From NCBI GenBank assembly GCA_020891255.1, contig BQFW01000001.1:620001-684000 (forward strand): a DNA stretch of 64,000 bases, in the 5' to 3' direction. Under the pieces are notes generated by a model. The model was not told where the DNA came from. It did not search any database and saw nothing but the letters and a program-made list of their open reading frames with translations. The stretch is from Entomortierella parvispora E1425 (lineage: Eukaryota; Fungi; Mortierellomycota). Position 1 is the stretch's first letter; the number at the start of each line of letters is the position of its first letter. A program made the translations under genes and the position numbers. This document shows, piece by piece, positions 13,555 through 25,300 of the stretch.

Positions 13555-13884
13555 ATGAAGTTCTCCATCGCGTCCGCTACCGTCTTGGTCCTCTCCGCCA
13601 TCATGACCATGGCTTCTGCCGCTGCTGCCCCCGCCGCGACCAACGTTCTTACTGACAATGTCGATGAGGTTCCCCGCTGCTGTGTCTATGGTGACCAAGA
13701 AATCTGTGATGGTCCCTATTGCGCAGCCAGAGCCAGAGAAGCTCTCATTGCCAGTGCCAAAGAAGAGCTCGCTGCCGGTGTCAACCCAAACCCCGACTGC
13801 TGTGTTTATAATTACCGAGAGACCTGCGACCGTGCTTTTTGCGCTGAAAGAGCCAAAGAAGCTCTTGCTGCCAGTGCCAACTAA
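13555..13884 (+). CDS. Small secreted cysteine-rich protein with two 40-aa repeats (putative multi-core peptide precursor)
   Basis: ATG in good context, signal-peptide-like MKFSIASATVLVLSAIMTMASA, cores CCVYGDQEICDGPYC and CCVYNYRETCDRAFC, and a 120-bp DNA period (13678 vs 13798). Confidence 0.85.
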   Translation: MKFSIASATVLVLSAIMTMASAAAAPAATNVLTDNVDEVPRCCVYGDQEICDGPYCAARAREALIASAKEELAAGVNPNPDCCVYNYRETCDRAFCAERAKEALAASAN

Positions 13885-15023
13885 GTCCCGGCTGCCGCAC
13901 CATGAGTGGCCCACTCCAACGCAGCGAGGTTGTTGTTGGAAGACGACCTGCTTGAATAAGACCCTTCTAACGAAAACGGAAGATGGTGGTTCCATACTGT
14001 CAATGACGGCAAGATATATGGGCACGATAGTAGAGAGAATACCGTATAAAATGTCGTTAGATATCTAGGAGGAGAGCGTTGGTTTGAGCATGGCAACAAG
14101 GGTACTCGTTTATAACATTAGTGATAATAAAAGGTCTTCAAGTAACCACGAACGCATCTTTTAGAACGCACACATGTCCACGCAGTGACTTTTACCAGCA
14201 AGTTATACAATAGTCCCGCAAATACATAAGCACTCGTTTTATTTATTGCCACGACAGCCTTTGTGAAAAGCAGAAGATGTTTGCACGTTGCGTTCTTACA
14301 GGTGCGCGGAGGCAGCAGAAATAACTGTGGCCATTGCTTATTCTTCCCCACTCTCACCGTCCTTTTGTGTGATGGTGAACCAGCTTGCCGTCACTGTCCA
14401 ATGTATCAATTGCTGCTGCAATGACAGAGCTATTCACCGTGCGGTTTGTGTCCATCCAACAGCCCGCTTGTCCAACAGAGGGCGAGGGAGAAGTTGTGTG
14501 CGAAGGGGGCTCACACAGTCAAGAGGGCGAGGGCAAGGGCGAGGTAAAGGGCTCCCTCTCTCTTCACATTTCTTGTGTTCCGCGCAAGCGCTGCGCTCAG
14601 AATGAGGGTGGCCCAGTCTTTGTGGAAACAGGTGATGAGAGAAAATATCCTAACTAGATTGTAGAACCGTAACTGTTAATTGGAGGAAGAGGAAAGTGGG
14701 AGAGAGGCGTGGAGTCACTGCGGCTGGCAAGGGACAAAAAAAAAATCACCGCAAGGTTCCTGTATTTTATCTTGGGCGGGAGAAAAAAACTCGAAGGGCG
14801 TGTCTCCGGCTCTCCGCGCGACAATACAGGCCTGTTGGAAAAAGTGCAGCCAACGCGCGCTTTCATTGTTTGGGCTCCACAAACAAACAACACGATAGTT
14901 TGGCGTCTATTGTTTTTCGCTTTTGCAAACTCTCTATTTCCAGGCAAAGAAAACGACACGTGTGTTTTTTTTATTTATTTATTTTAGTATGAAGTGAGGA
15001 TTGGATTGACCATCAAACTACAA

Positions 15024-16898
15024 CTACTGATACAGGATGGTCAACCCTTGCTTCTTCGATATCAGGTACTCGATTCCCTTACTCATGCCCCCACTCAGAC
15101 TCAGCATGCCCCCGTGAAATGTTTTCAAGTTTGGCCAGTGCTTCAGAATCCAGTCCGTCTCTTCTGTCGTTAATTCAGAACGGACTCTTTCTCTCCAACA
15201 AACACTCTCAAGATTGGTCAAATCTGATAGAGGGCCCAAACAACCATACGCACCTTGGAAGGAAAACGTCGAATTCCACTTCCCAGATGACTTGAGTTGG
15301 AGACTTTTCAAATGGTGCATCCGACCAATTTCGGAGGTTAAATGTCGAATATGATACACCTCCCTCCCAAAGCCATAGGTTGAGTCGGGCTGGGGCTCTA
15401 GTCCTTGATGCGACGCCTCGGCTTTTCGTTCGAAGCATTGGTCGCGATACTTCTCGAATGTCATATTGTCAAATGGATTATCGTCAATATATAACTCTAG
15501 ACTCTTAAGGCCAAGACAAGTCAGAGTCGGGAGCCTCGAATCCGTAGTCGTGCCCAAGTGTTCTCTGCTATTCCAACGTGTACATCCACTAAGAACTTCA
15601 AGGTTGGGCAACTGCGATACCACACCCAGGAATTCCCGAAAGCCCATTTTGATCGCATTCAGATTCAACTCTTTCAGACTCGGTCCATGGTGCCCTGCAA
15701 GGCCGTCCCAAGACCCGAGCAATCCATTGAAGTGCAGATCCTCTACCTCATAACAAGGGATCAAGACAAATGCCTTCAGATGGAATCCGCAGCAACTTGT
15801 AGAGTGATGCTTCCTATCGATTTTTGGTTGCTGGATGGATGTTGCGTGGGTCTCTCCTGTGTCTGAGATGAAAGCTGAAAACACAGGCGTGTTTGAGTTG
15901 GACAGACTGCACAAAAGCTTAACGGCTTGGTTCATATCTTGCTGGGTATCCCAAGGACCAGGTATTGCCCAAATGCAAATGGAACTCAATTTTGGACAAA
16001 ACGAGTGAAGATAAAATGCCAATTGCAAACTCGTGTCACTTGACCAGTGGACCTTGAGCTCTAATTTCTCCAGATTTGTACACATTTGAAGCATCGGAAA
16101 GTAGATCCAATTGTCCCGGGATGAGGTGTGGATGATCTTCAAAGTGTGAAGTTCAATACGACTCTTCCCTTTGCCCAAATTGTCGCCGCAAATGAGTTTA
16201 ACATCTTGCTCGGGAATGATTCGAGCAGGGCTGTCCGTCATCTCCCAAGGGTAGATCCCCGGTACCTCGATTGAGACGTTGGCCAATCGACGGCAGGCCC
16301 ATGTAAACCGCTGATAAGGATGACTTGAAGAGCGAAACCAATTGCTGATGATTCGGATGCTTTTAAGACTCGAATGGTGCTCCACCACCATGCATAGTCG
16401 GTCAAAGGCGTCCTCTGTCATATTTAGAAGGACAATCTCGACCTCCGTGATTCGACTGTGGAGCTCCAAAAAGTTGAGGCTTCGCTCTACTTGGATGGTG
16501 GTTGCTCTTGGAACTTGGACGGTGGGTGCTGTTGTAAAGGATGGAGGGATTCGCTGGCACAGTCTCTTTAGATTGGGAAATACAGGTGCGCTGCTGAGAC
16601 TGTGGCTATCCTGAGTAACTGGCAGGAGCAACGAGCTGTTGACGATGAGCTCTTGAACAAAGAGGCTGTAGAGTTGACGAAGAGGAGACGTGGGATCCAA
16701 GAGAAGGTTCAAATGATGGTTTAAGCTCAGTGAGCAATCCTTGTTCCCGAGGACCCTGTAAAGCTCTGGAGTAAAAAGGCGGTGCCATTCCTTTGAGACG
16801 AGGACACAGAAGCGGAAGTCCTGACTAGTCAATGCAGTAGCTACGGAGACGAAGACTGGCCAGACATTCAAGATTTGGTTGATGGTGACGGGGGTCAT
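15024..16898 (-). CDS. F-box-like / RNI-like leucine-rich repeat protein
   Basis: Single long ORF (first ATG 16898). N-terminal 'CVLVSKEWHRLFTPELY' F-box-like motif, LxxLxL repeats, and C-terminal 'LTCLGLKSLEL...LGPLSDLTNLE...WILKHWPNL' family signature. Confidence 0.8.
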   Translation of the reverse strand: MTPVTINQILNVWPVFVSVATALTSQDFRFCVLVSKEWHRLFTPELYRVLGNKDCSLSLNHHLNLLLDPTSPLRQLYSLFVQELIVNSSLLLPVTQDSHSLSSAPVFPNLKRLCQRIPPSFTTAPTVQVPRATTIQVERSLNFLELHSRITEVEIVLLNMTEDAFDRLCMVVEHHSSLKSIRIISNWFRSSSHPYQRFTWACRRLANVSIEVPGIYPWEMTDSPARIIPEQDVKLICGDNLGKGKSRIELHTLKIIHTSSRDNWIYFPMLQMCTNLEKLELKVHWSSDTSLQLAFYLHSFCPKLSSICIWAIPGPWDTQQDMNQAVKLLCSLSNSNTPVFSAFISDTGETHATSIQQPKIDRKHHSTSCCGFHLKAFVLIPCYEVEDLHFNGLLGSWDGLAGHHGPSLKELNLNAIKMGFREFLGVVSQLPNLEVLSGCTRWNSREHLGTTTDSRLPTLTCLGLKSLELYIDDNPFDNMTFEKYRDQCFERKAEASHQGLEPQPDSTYGFGREVYHIRHLTSEIGRMHHLKSLQLKSSGKWNSTFSFQGAYGCLGPLSDLTNLESVCWRERVRSELTTEETDWILKHWPNLKTFHGGMLSLSGGMSKGIEYLISKKQGLTILYQ

Positions 16899-17073
16899 GC
16901 TGAGAGAATGTCCAATGGAGGCAGAGATTGATTGATGCAGAAATGAAGGGAACAAGGAACAAAGACTGTACGCGTGGCGACGTGACGGTGCAACGCCAAG
17001 CGGAATTCTTCAGGATCCGCACTGTTTGTTCAGCCTCTCTTTCCTGGTCTCCGTCACTCCTGAACTCTTTGAC

Positions 17074-18933
17074 ATGACCTCATTACTGCATCACATCCTC
17101 AGCATCCCACTCCTCGTCGATGAGATTGCATTCCCGCTCGACATTCCCCATCTAGCCTCCGCCGTTCTGGTCTGCAAGGAATGGCAGGGCGTGTTTGAGA
17201 CCATGCTCTGGAGAGTTGCTTTTGTGGACAACCACTACAGCTCCCTCATCCTTCACAACGACACCTACCTTGCTACAGCGCGCAAACATCGGGACTTCAT
17301 CAGGGAAGTTCAGACGGACAGCCCTCGTCTCTTCCAAGAGCTGTGGTCCAGCGCCGACCCATCTTCGGCACCTGACCGATCATCACTCCTAGAGTTCCCC
17401 AGGTTAAAGACAGAGGACGTCCAGATAGCCAGAGAGCTGATAGCGGTCTTCGCCCTGGTAGAGAACCATCTGACGGTCCTAGAGTGGCACCATGACTATG
17501 AACACCTCTTTGAAATGTGTAGCGTGGACGCCATCATCCTCATCCTCAAAGCTTCACCTCACCTCATCTGCTTTGAAACTAATAACTTTCCATTCCTCAA
17601 GAGTGGCCAAGCGGCCAAGATGATGCTCGCCATACCCCATCGGACGCAGCATCTTCGATTGGGCACAACTCAAGGGACAGCTCGGAGCGACACAATAGCC
17701 CTTGCTCTCCAACTTTGCTCGACTGCCGTCCTGTCATTGGAAATAGAGTGGACTGCCTTGGCGCCTTCTCTTCCAGTCGATATGTCCTTTCTGTCGCAAT
17801 TTCCACCTGGTTCAGTTCTGAGTCTTCGAAAAGTGGTCCTCAGCAACTGCAATCATTTGGACCTGGATGCCATCTTGGTGCCTCTGATGCATCGTGCCCC
17901 TCTTCTCCGGACTTTGAGCTTTTCACGTTGGGCACCTTATGGATCTATGGACCTGACCCTAGAATCCCTCCGCAGCCGAACCTGCGCTCATCTCGATCGG
18001 CTGTCATTTCATTATTGGCAGTCTTGTCCGAAACTAATCACAATCACGGAAGCTTTCCCAGCTCATACTCTTCGACAACTGGTGATCCACGATGACTTTT
18101 CTAGGTCCGAGGAGCTTGTGCCTCTGCTCGTGGACCGTCAAGCTCAATCCCTAGAACGGATCGAAGTGCGCCAAGTCCGAAGGCTCTATTGTCAGAGTAT
18201 GGATTTGGCCCCTCTGTTTCATTCATGTCCGCGACTTGAATTTGTTCGTTATTTGCTCTATGACGGGAGATCAGCAAGGGACGAGTATCACGGAATCGAT
18301 TGCAGAGCGTTGTTGGCAAGGCCGTGGGTCTGCACTCAGCTACGGGAACTGCAAGCCCTAATCACCAACGTGCCGCGAGCGGACCTGTTCAACGAGTGGA
18401 AGAAATGGCTCATACGGCAGAGACAAATTTCTGAGGATTGGGCTTTGGCTGGCATTACCGTAGACGAGGAGGAAAGTCAATTGCTCCAGAGACAGTTTTT
18501 CAAAGAACTAGGAAAATGTCATCTTTTATCAACTCTCAACCTAGGAAGGGATGGCTACAAGACTCTAAAACGACGCTGTGCAACAGTTCAGTTCAAGGCC
18601 TTGGAGTTTTCGCTTCAATGTGGGCTGGATGAACTGGCTGCTCTGACAAGGCTCCGGAAACTGGGCATCTCGAGACTTTTCCATAGCATCGGTATGGCTG
18701 AAGTCCAATGGATTTCCAAGCATTGGCCGAGTCTGGGGAGTGTAACTGGTTTGAAACGGCTAGAAATCAACACAGTTACATTGAGCCAACCATGGACTGT
18801 CATATTACCCCGCCCTCGGTCAGATGCAGATGTTGATGAGGAGAATGCCGATCTAAGCCCTCAACAGCCTCTAGAAGATCCAGTTTCTTGGCTGAAAAAA
18901 AGTAGGCCAGCGTTGACCCTAGAAGAAGATTGA
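17074..18933 (+). CDS. F-box-like / RNI-like leucine-rich repeat protein
   Basis: Single ORF (ATG 17074). 'ILSIPLLVDEIA...VLVCKEWQGVFETMLW', then 'PWVCTQLRELQ' and 'GLDELAALTRLRKL...WISKHWPSL'. Confidence 0.82.
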   Translation: MTSLLHHILSIPLLVDEIAFPLDIPHLASAVLVCKEWQGVFETMLWRVAFVDNHYSSLILHNDTYLATARKHRDFIREVQTDSPRLFQELWSSADPSSAPDRSSLLEFPRLKTEDVQIARELIAVFALVENHLTVLEWHHDYEHLFEMCSVDAIILILKASPHLICFETNNFPFLKSGQAAKMMLAIPHRTQHLRLGTTQGTARSDTIALALQLCSTAVLSLEIEWTALAPSLPVDMSFLSQFPPGSVLSLRKVVLSNCNHLDLDAILVPLMHRAPLLRTLSFSRWAPYGSMDLTLESLRSRTCAHLDRLSFHYWQSCPKLITITEAFPAHTLRQLVIHDDFSRSEELVPLLVDRQAQSLERIEVRQVRRLYCQSMDLAPLFHSCPRLEFVRYLLYDGRSARDEYHGIDCRALLARPWVCTQLRELQALITNVPRADLFNEWKKWLIRQRQISEDWALAGITVDEEESQLLQRQFFKELGKCHLLSTLNLGRDGYKTLKRRCATVQFKALEFSLQCGLDELAALTRLRKLGISRLFHSIGMAEVQWISKHWPSLGSVTGLKRLEINTVTLSQPWTVILPRPRSDADVDEENADLSPQQPLEDPVSWLKKSRPALTLEED

Positions 18934-19083
18934 TCCTTGCCAACGACTGACCAACAAATAAAGCTCTGTTAAATATTTATTTTGAATGTATGGATGCCCT
19001 TGTCACCAAGCACCATGTCATCGATGGGGAAGGTGAGAATGACGGAAATTGAGATATGGCTAGCTGCATTCCTAGCTAACGCT

Positions 19084-19941
19084 TCATAGGATCTTTGATA
19101 ATGCCCGATGAAGATCATGGTACTTCCGAATACTATTCCTCAGTCGTGCTGGGTAGCTTTGGGCTGTGGATTTGCTTGCCCCGACTCCTACATCGCCGCC
19201 TTGCGTTTTGCGTGCCATTTCCAAAAACATTCCTTGGCGATACGATCCATTATATTTGACCATTGTTGGAGTCTCCTCGGTGGGTAACCCACAATAAGGG
19301 TATTTCTCCCTTGCCATCTCCAGTGACATAACCTCAAATTCGACCTCATCAGGCAAAGGCTCATCGTAAACTGCGTAGAATGCCTTTCGACAGGGTAGAC
19401 ACAGTCGAGCTGTGAATCCTGTGTCAATTGGTTCCCCCAGGTACTTGACAGACTCTGTGCATCGCGTCTGACTAGGAGCCGGTACCGGAAGGGGCATTTC
19501 CGCAAGATCGGAGAAATCATGACGGTGATAATTGAGGCACTGCTCACAAATCACTAGACTGATGGCGCACATGTACTGCATATAAGATTGTGATTCAGGG
19601 ACGCAGGGTAAGAAACAGAGCTTGGTCTTTCCGTCGGGGTAAGTCTTTTCAAAAAGCCAACGCCAAAAGTCCATATTGCAGACCGCTGACCGAGAAGCTT
19701 TGCAGGCCCGACTTAAACGACTCAATTGAGAAGGATACAGGTAACGGCAGATTTCGCACCAAACTTCGATTGGGAAAATTTGGTGGACAACTGCAGGTAG
19801 AACGTCACTGTGGGTATCAGGTTCCTCCATGGACAGAGAGGAGACCTTGGGCAGATCATCTGCTCCTTCAGAGTGCCTGTCATAGGAAGCACCATCAAAG
19901 GACTCTACATCCCAGGGAGTATCGGTAGCAGTGGAGGACAT
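19084..19941 (-). CDS. F-box domain protein
   Basis: ATG 19941; F-box motif FPIEVWCEICRYLYPSQLSRLSRACK...FW; Cys pairs CEQC and CLPC. Confidence 0.75.
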   Translation of the reverse strand: MSSTATDTPWDVESFDGASYDRHSEGADDLPKVSSLSMEEPDTHSDVLPAVVHQIFPIEVWCEICRYLYPSQLSRLSRACKASRSAVCNMDFWRWLFEKTYPDGKTKLCFLPCVPESQSYMQYMCAISLVICEQCLNYHRHDFSDLAEMPLPVPAPSQTRCTESVKYLGEPIDTGFTARLCLPCRKAFYAVYDEPLPDEVEFEVMSLEMAREKYPYCGLPTEETPTMVKYNGSYRQGMFLEMARKTQGGDVGVGASKSTAQSYPARLRNSIRKYHDLHRALSKIL

Positions 19942-20837
19942 GGTGTCGTTGATAAATGTTCGAGTGGGGAAAAAAAGGAAATGAGCGAACCGCATCCAAG
20001 AAGGCGAAGGAAAAAAAAATAGGGGAGGCTGGGAGGGGGGGCATGTGATTGAAACTGGCAGCCCAAATGGGGTTCAGGATTTTCATGTGCTTTCTTGAGA
20101 TCATGAAGATACTGCTCGTCTGCCTGTCGTAGAAAGAGTACGATGAACTGACGACAGTGACAAAGTGATAGAGACTTCAATAGTCAGTGCCATTGAAAAC
20201 TTCGGATATTCGTCAGCAACAGCAGTCTTACCCAGTGTCATCAAGAGCTAGAGGACTTGTCGCCCCTCATTATACGCTGCTGTTCTTCTGGCGATGGACA
20301 ATACCATCCGAGCTTAGTCTTCATTTTCCAGTAGAATGGCAAAGCGAATTTGGGCAGTTTTAAGTACTCAAACTCCTTCGTCGTACCGTCCGGATACTTT
20401 CTAATAAAGACAATGCTCATGGTAGAGTCTGAAGTGCAGAATTATACAGAAAGCTCAAAGAATGAGGACTAAGATGCGAAAGGGAATCGAAAGTAATGTA
20501 AAGAATATATCAGCGAGTGAACGTTGGAAAGGGGGAGGGGGGGCTACAGCTTGAAGTGGCAAGATCCATGGCTCACATTCAGGCAGATGGATCTTGGTGC
20601 GAGGTAGACCGTGATGGCTTAGATGGTCTCTGGAGACAGAAGTGAGAGGAATGAAGGGAAATGGGACGAAGGGCGTGTGGAGGATTATATGGCCACGAGC
20701 AAATTTTTGGATTTGTCGTCCGACCCAACTGCTCTTATTTGTCGGCCCCATTTCCAAAAGATAGAGTTCAAAGGCGACATTCAGGGAAAAGAGCTAAATG
20801 CCGACGCGGCTGTTCGTGTCATCCGCCTGCTAGTCTA

Positions 20838-21396
20838 TGGGCACACAAGAAAGGAGGCAGGCTATTATTCTGAACACCAAAGGCGAAAAGGCGAAAAGAG
20901 AGGATGATTGGACCAATCGTGCAGGCGTGCATCCCGCATTTGAGCGCACAATGCCTTCGAAAGTGCCATCTGAGGTTGCACTGCGTCTCGGTTCCCTGGT
21001 TGAAAAAATATGAACGAAAAGGGACATGTAGGAGCACCCCAATTGTTCGCAGACACCCGATATTTCTTCCCACACACAACAAAATATCTATTCTCCAGCG
21101 AAATCCCTCTTGTGTCTGTTACCTACCCTAGGCTCGTTGAAGTTTCTCAAAAGAATCGAGAATAGATAGGGCCCTTAGGGGTAGCCTTGGCGATGTACAG
21201 CACACCGCAATAATACTTCTCATCTTGCTGTCAGAAGTGCTGTGTTTACTGCTGTGTCGTGAACTGTTCCTCCATGCGAATTACCAAGAGGCGAAATAGA
21301 CAATAATGCATCGTTAGGCCCAATCAAAAATTGCTTTAAAGTTAGGGGGAAGAAGGTCCAAGTGGGCAATAGCCCGCCTCCTTTCTTGTGTGCCCA
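20838..21396. repeat. 29-bp inverted repeat pair (20838-20866 / 21368-21396), with a partial third copy near 21527
   Basis: TGGGCACACAAGAAAGGAGGCAGGCTATT against its reverse complement: 28/29 match. No flanking target-site duplication seen. Confidence 0.8.
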
Positions 21397-21555
21397 AGAG
21401 AATCACTTTTTGTCTCTCTCTGGAAATCAACTTTTTTCTGCTTTCCAGCGAGAATCAAGTTACACAAAAACGGAAGAAGGGCCAATCAACTCAAAGAATC
21501 AAAAAAGTGATTCTCTTGGCCTCGAAGAAAGGAGGCAGGCTAATGATTCCAGCAG

Positions 21556-21835
21556 CTGACAAGGAACAAAACGGTCAATTGGACATCCCCTGACACGCTC
21601 TTTTTTTAGACTTTAGAGTCCATGACAAAAAAGTCGTAACCTTTATATTTCGGCCGATTGAACTGAGCATTGAATACTCTCCCCTGTGCCACAAGCGAAC
21701 ACAGACGCTCTGAATTGATTTTGTGTGGGTCAGAAAATATAAAGGCTACGACCTCTTGTCGTGGACTCTACTAGAGTCCAAACGGTCCAACTGATAAGGA
21801 ACAAAACGGTCAATTGGACATCCCCTGACACACTC
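21556..21835 (+). repeat. 45-bp direct repeat (21556-21600 / 21791-21835)
   Basis: CTGA(C/T)AAGGAACAAAACGGTCAATTGGACATCCCCTGACAC(G/A)CTC, 43/45 identical. Confidence 0.85.
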
Positions 21836-22347
21836 TTTTGTTTACTAGCGTCCAAACGGAAGTGTCTACCTCTCGTCCGGCCTGACAGCTCTTATTTGTC
21901 AACCCCATTTCCAAAGGATAAAGTTTCAGGAGCAACATTCTGGCTTTTTTCCCGTGTTACCAAAAACTGAGATCATTTTAAACTCAAAAAAGTAGTCCGA
22001 GTGTCTCTGTGGCTTAGATGTGCAAATCATGGCCAATGGGGGTCATTTCGGGCCAAAGGCTGGCCATTACTTGCAGTTGACTACTTCATACATGGTATCG
22101 CTCATAGCAGAGCAGCATGGAATGAGAATGTACCTGAACACATCTTTCCATCCTACCCTGCCCATGCCAAACTATCCTACTGTCGTTGTCTCTGTTGCGG
22201 GACGTGTTAGTCCTTTGCTCCATCTCGCATCTGATCTCCGCGACTATAAATAATCTCGGTCTAATGCGCATCATGCTGTCTTTATCCGATACTCGCTCTT
22301 CTCTTCGCAAAGCACTTTGCTCCAGTTCATTCCCTGCTGATTTCATC

Positions 22348-25300
22348 ATGCCCAGAAAAGCACCGACAAGTGTGAATAACGAAGGACCTGTAGGCGACAA
22401 TGCCCGACAGCAAGCCTCAGTTTCAGGCCCTGGCACCACTGACTCGCCAGCCAAGCGCCGGGGAAGACCGCCGAAGGCCACCGTCGCGACCAGGACTTCA
22501 ACTGTGCTGTCTACAGAGTCGCTCGATCCTGTACCCACCGAGAAAACGATGGCAGCCTCAGCAGCTGACTTATCAACCTTGAGTGCACCCTTTTCTGAGG
22601 CGGTCCCCGCGAGTCAGTCGTTTGATCCCGCATCGACACCTCCAGCAACGAGTGCAATTGCACACGTGTCTTCTACCCGTCCTTTCGAAACAACGGAGCA
22701 GGAAACGTCTGATTTCCCGGATGCTGTAGAGATAGAGATCGCAGCGGCAGTGGCGACTGGACGTGGGAAAAGAAGGCAGGAAGAAACCCAACCTGACGAT
22801 GCGGCTATAAACGAGAAACGCGCCAAAAAGCCGATCCTCAAATTGACTGAAGTGACTACAGGGCCTCCTTCTTCAGCCAACGGATGGAACAAGCCCCCGT
22901 TCTCCCCGTCTGCATTTGATGACCAGGCATCAATCTCACTTACGGAAGAAGTCGTTCTTGCCAAAAGGAAGGAGTCTGCTCGAGTCGTCCTTGAAGATAT
23001 CCTCAACCGACCGCCTACAAAGACAATTCAAGCATACAAAACCTACTTCAAGCTGTGGAAGGTATGTATCCCCTATATATCCAAATCCATGCTGGCTCCC
23101 GTAGTGCATCTTTATAAGTATCTAGGCACTAAACCATTCTTGATGACCATTTTATAGACATTTTGCGATATGAACTATGATGGCGACAGCACTGTTTCAC
23201 CCACCAGGATGCTCAAGTTCTTTGAGAAGGTCGTATTTGAGAGAAAAGTCCGGAAAGTCGTGAACCCTAATGCTGGGTACAGCGGACAGATTGGAATTGC
23301 CGCACCAGGAGCAGGACTACGGGAAGGGCGTAAAGCAGCTCGAAACAAAGAACTGGACACTAGAGCGTCCAATACGATGTCTTCACCAATGGCTACTTCA
23401 GCTGATGTACCAGCTCAATCAGGGCCATTACCGCTCGATGTCAGTACCGAAGTTGCCATTAATGAGGAGGAAGCTGTTGATCGAGAGAATGTCAATATCA
23501 GCCGCAGTGAGGATGAGCCAGGCAGTGAGGCAGAGGCAGAGGATCTTTCTGTCGAGGAGCAAAGCTCCACGGATGCAGTTGCAGAATCGCTGATTTCAAG
23601 TATCACAGACAAGAACAAGGGTATGGCTTCTGTGTAGAACATGGCGGCTGATAGTTCTGAAATATCGCAGTTGACTAAACTTTTTTATTATTACTTTTCT
23701 TTTCTCTCTTCCAATCCTGCAAGAAGGAGAAAAAGACGCTTATGGGAACACCATCATCCTTGTCCCAGTGGGACATGAAGCAGTCGACATGGCTCGCAAG
23801 GCTCTAATCTTTCTCTGGAAAGAACAGTGCTCTCGTCTTGCCCCTCTCCCCAGCATCGAACCAAACCCGCGAAAAGATATTCCTTTAATGAGAGCCATTG
23901 AGGATTATGAAGTCAAGCTGGTGTATGATTCCCTCAAGCAGTCAGAAGGGTGTTCCATTGGGGATCTATACACCCCGTCTGACTTTATCAGGATGCTATC
24001 GTATTTATGGAGAGAAATTCCTCCGGTTCAGCGGCAAGACAAGCGGACCTATAGCAGGGCAACACGTTACAAGCACATGCGAGAGCGTCTCTGCCTTCTT
24101 GCCCGGCACCACATGCTCTTGCGCGATGAAGATATCAGAAACGCCAATTTGTCCGACACATTCTCTTTGTTGAAGCGAAACTCATTCCCTGGTTCAGGAA
24201 ACGCTCTTGGACTTGTTTTCTGTCTGCCTAGAGGCAAGAAAAACAAATAAGGGGAAAATATGTACGCCACCACGTTCCGGCACAAGGATATCAACAGATG
24301 TACCGTAGGCGGATTCGCGTTTTATATGTTTGAACGATTTGAGGTATGGTGGTCAGCTATTTCTCTACTTTTTATTACAGCGCGTTGGTAGCATCATATG
24401 AACTGACCTCTATGTCTCTGGCGCCTAAATCACCTAAGGTCGAGAAGGAGCCTTTGCCCGATTTTTCCAAACCAGACGAGTGGCATCGGGTTACGATCTT
24501 GGTCGGAGGAAGCGTTAAAGATCGGGTGGATCCAAGTAGTTCACATTTCCGATTGTTGTCTCTCGACCCGAAAACTCAAAACGACTCAACATCCGCGGTG
24601 ATGAGATCCTGTCAGGTGTACTCCCTCAAGGTCACTCGCACCGGTCGGCGCGCTGGACTGGTGGAGGCATACAACCTCGGACTTGGATTAGAGGATATTC
24701 GACATCTAGGACGTTGGTCAATGGGTCAGATGGAAGCGGTTAACGCCCCTCGGAACCCAGTCAATGGTGCATTCGCCATGGCTCATTTCCAAAATGAGCC
24801 GTACTTTGTTGAGCGCGACCTCGTCACTCCTCCTCTCGAACTTCAACGGAAGATTTTCAGCTGGATCGAAAAGACCTTTGATGTCGATCACCCTGAGCTG
24901 AGGGATAGCTGGATCGAAGACTGTCAGAGCCAGATGAAAGCCATCGATCCAACAGAGCCCACAGAAGACGACCTGCATTATATGCCTCCTCGCTCTGACT
25001 CAAACGAGAAAACAGGTGAGGATTTGGTCCAAAGCGCGGCTGTTGACAGAAAGGCCTTTCTTCAACTCCTTGTTCGGCTCCGTCGAGTTATTCTTCAAGA
25101 TGCAGTCATCTTCCGCAGGAAAGACAGTCAGGGACGAACTCTTACCAACTCTTTGATTACCTCAAGACCCGACATCTTTGAGAGTCCTCTCTTTCTCAAG
25201 TTTGAGGCGGATCTTTTAGCTGCGATTGAGAAACGTCGTCAGCACGTCAATCTACTTCCAAGGGAGATTACAGTTGATGTTGAAGTCGTCGTCGGGGCCG

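Noticed and set aside
20838-21396. Bona fide MITE defined by the 29-bp inverted repeats
   Set aside because: No TA, TTAA, 8-bp or 9-bp target-site duplication flanks the pair; kept only as a repeat.
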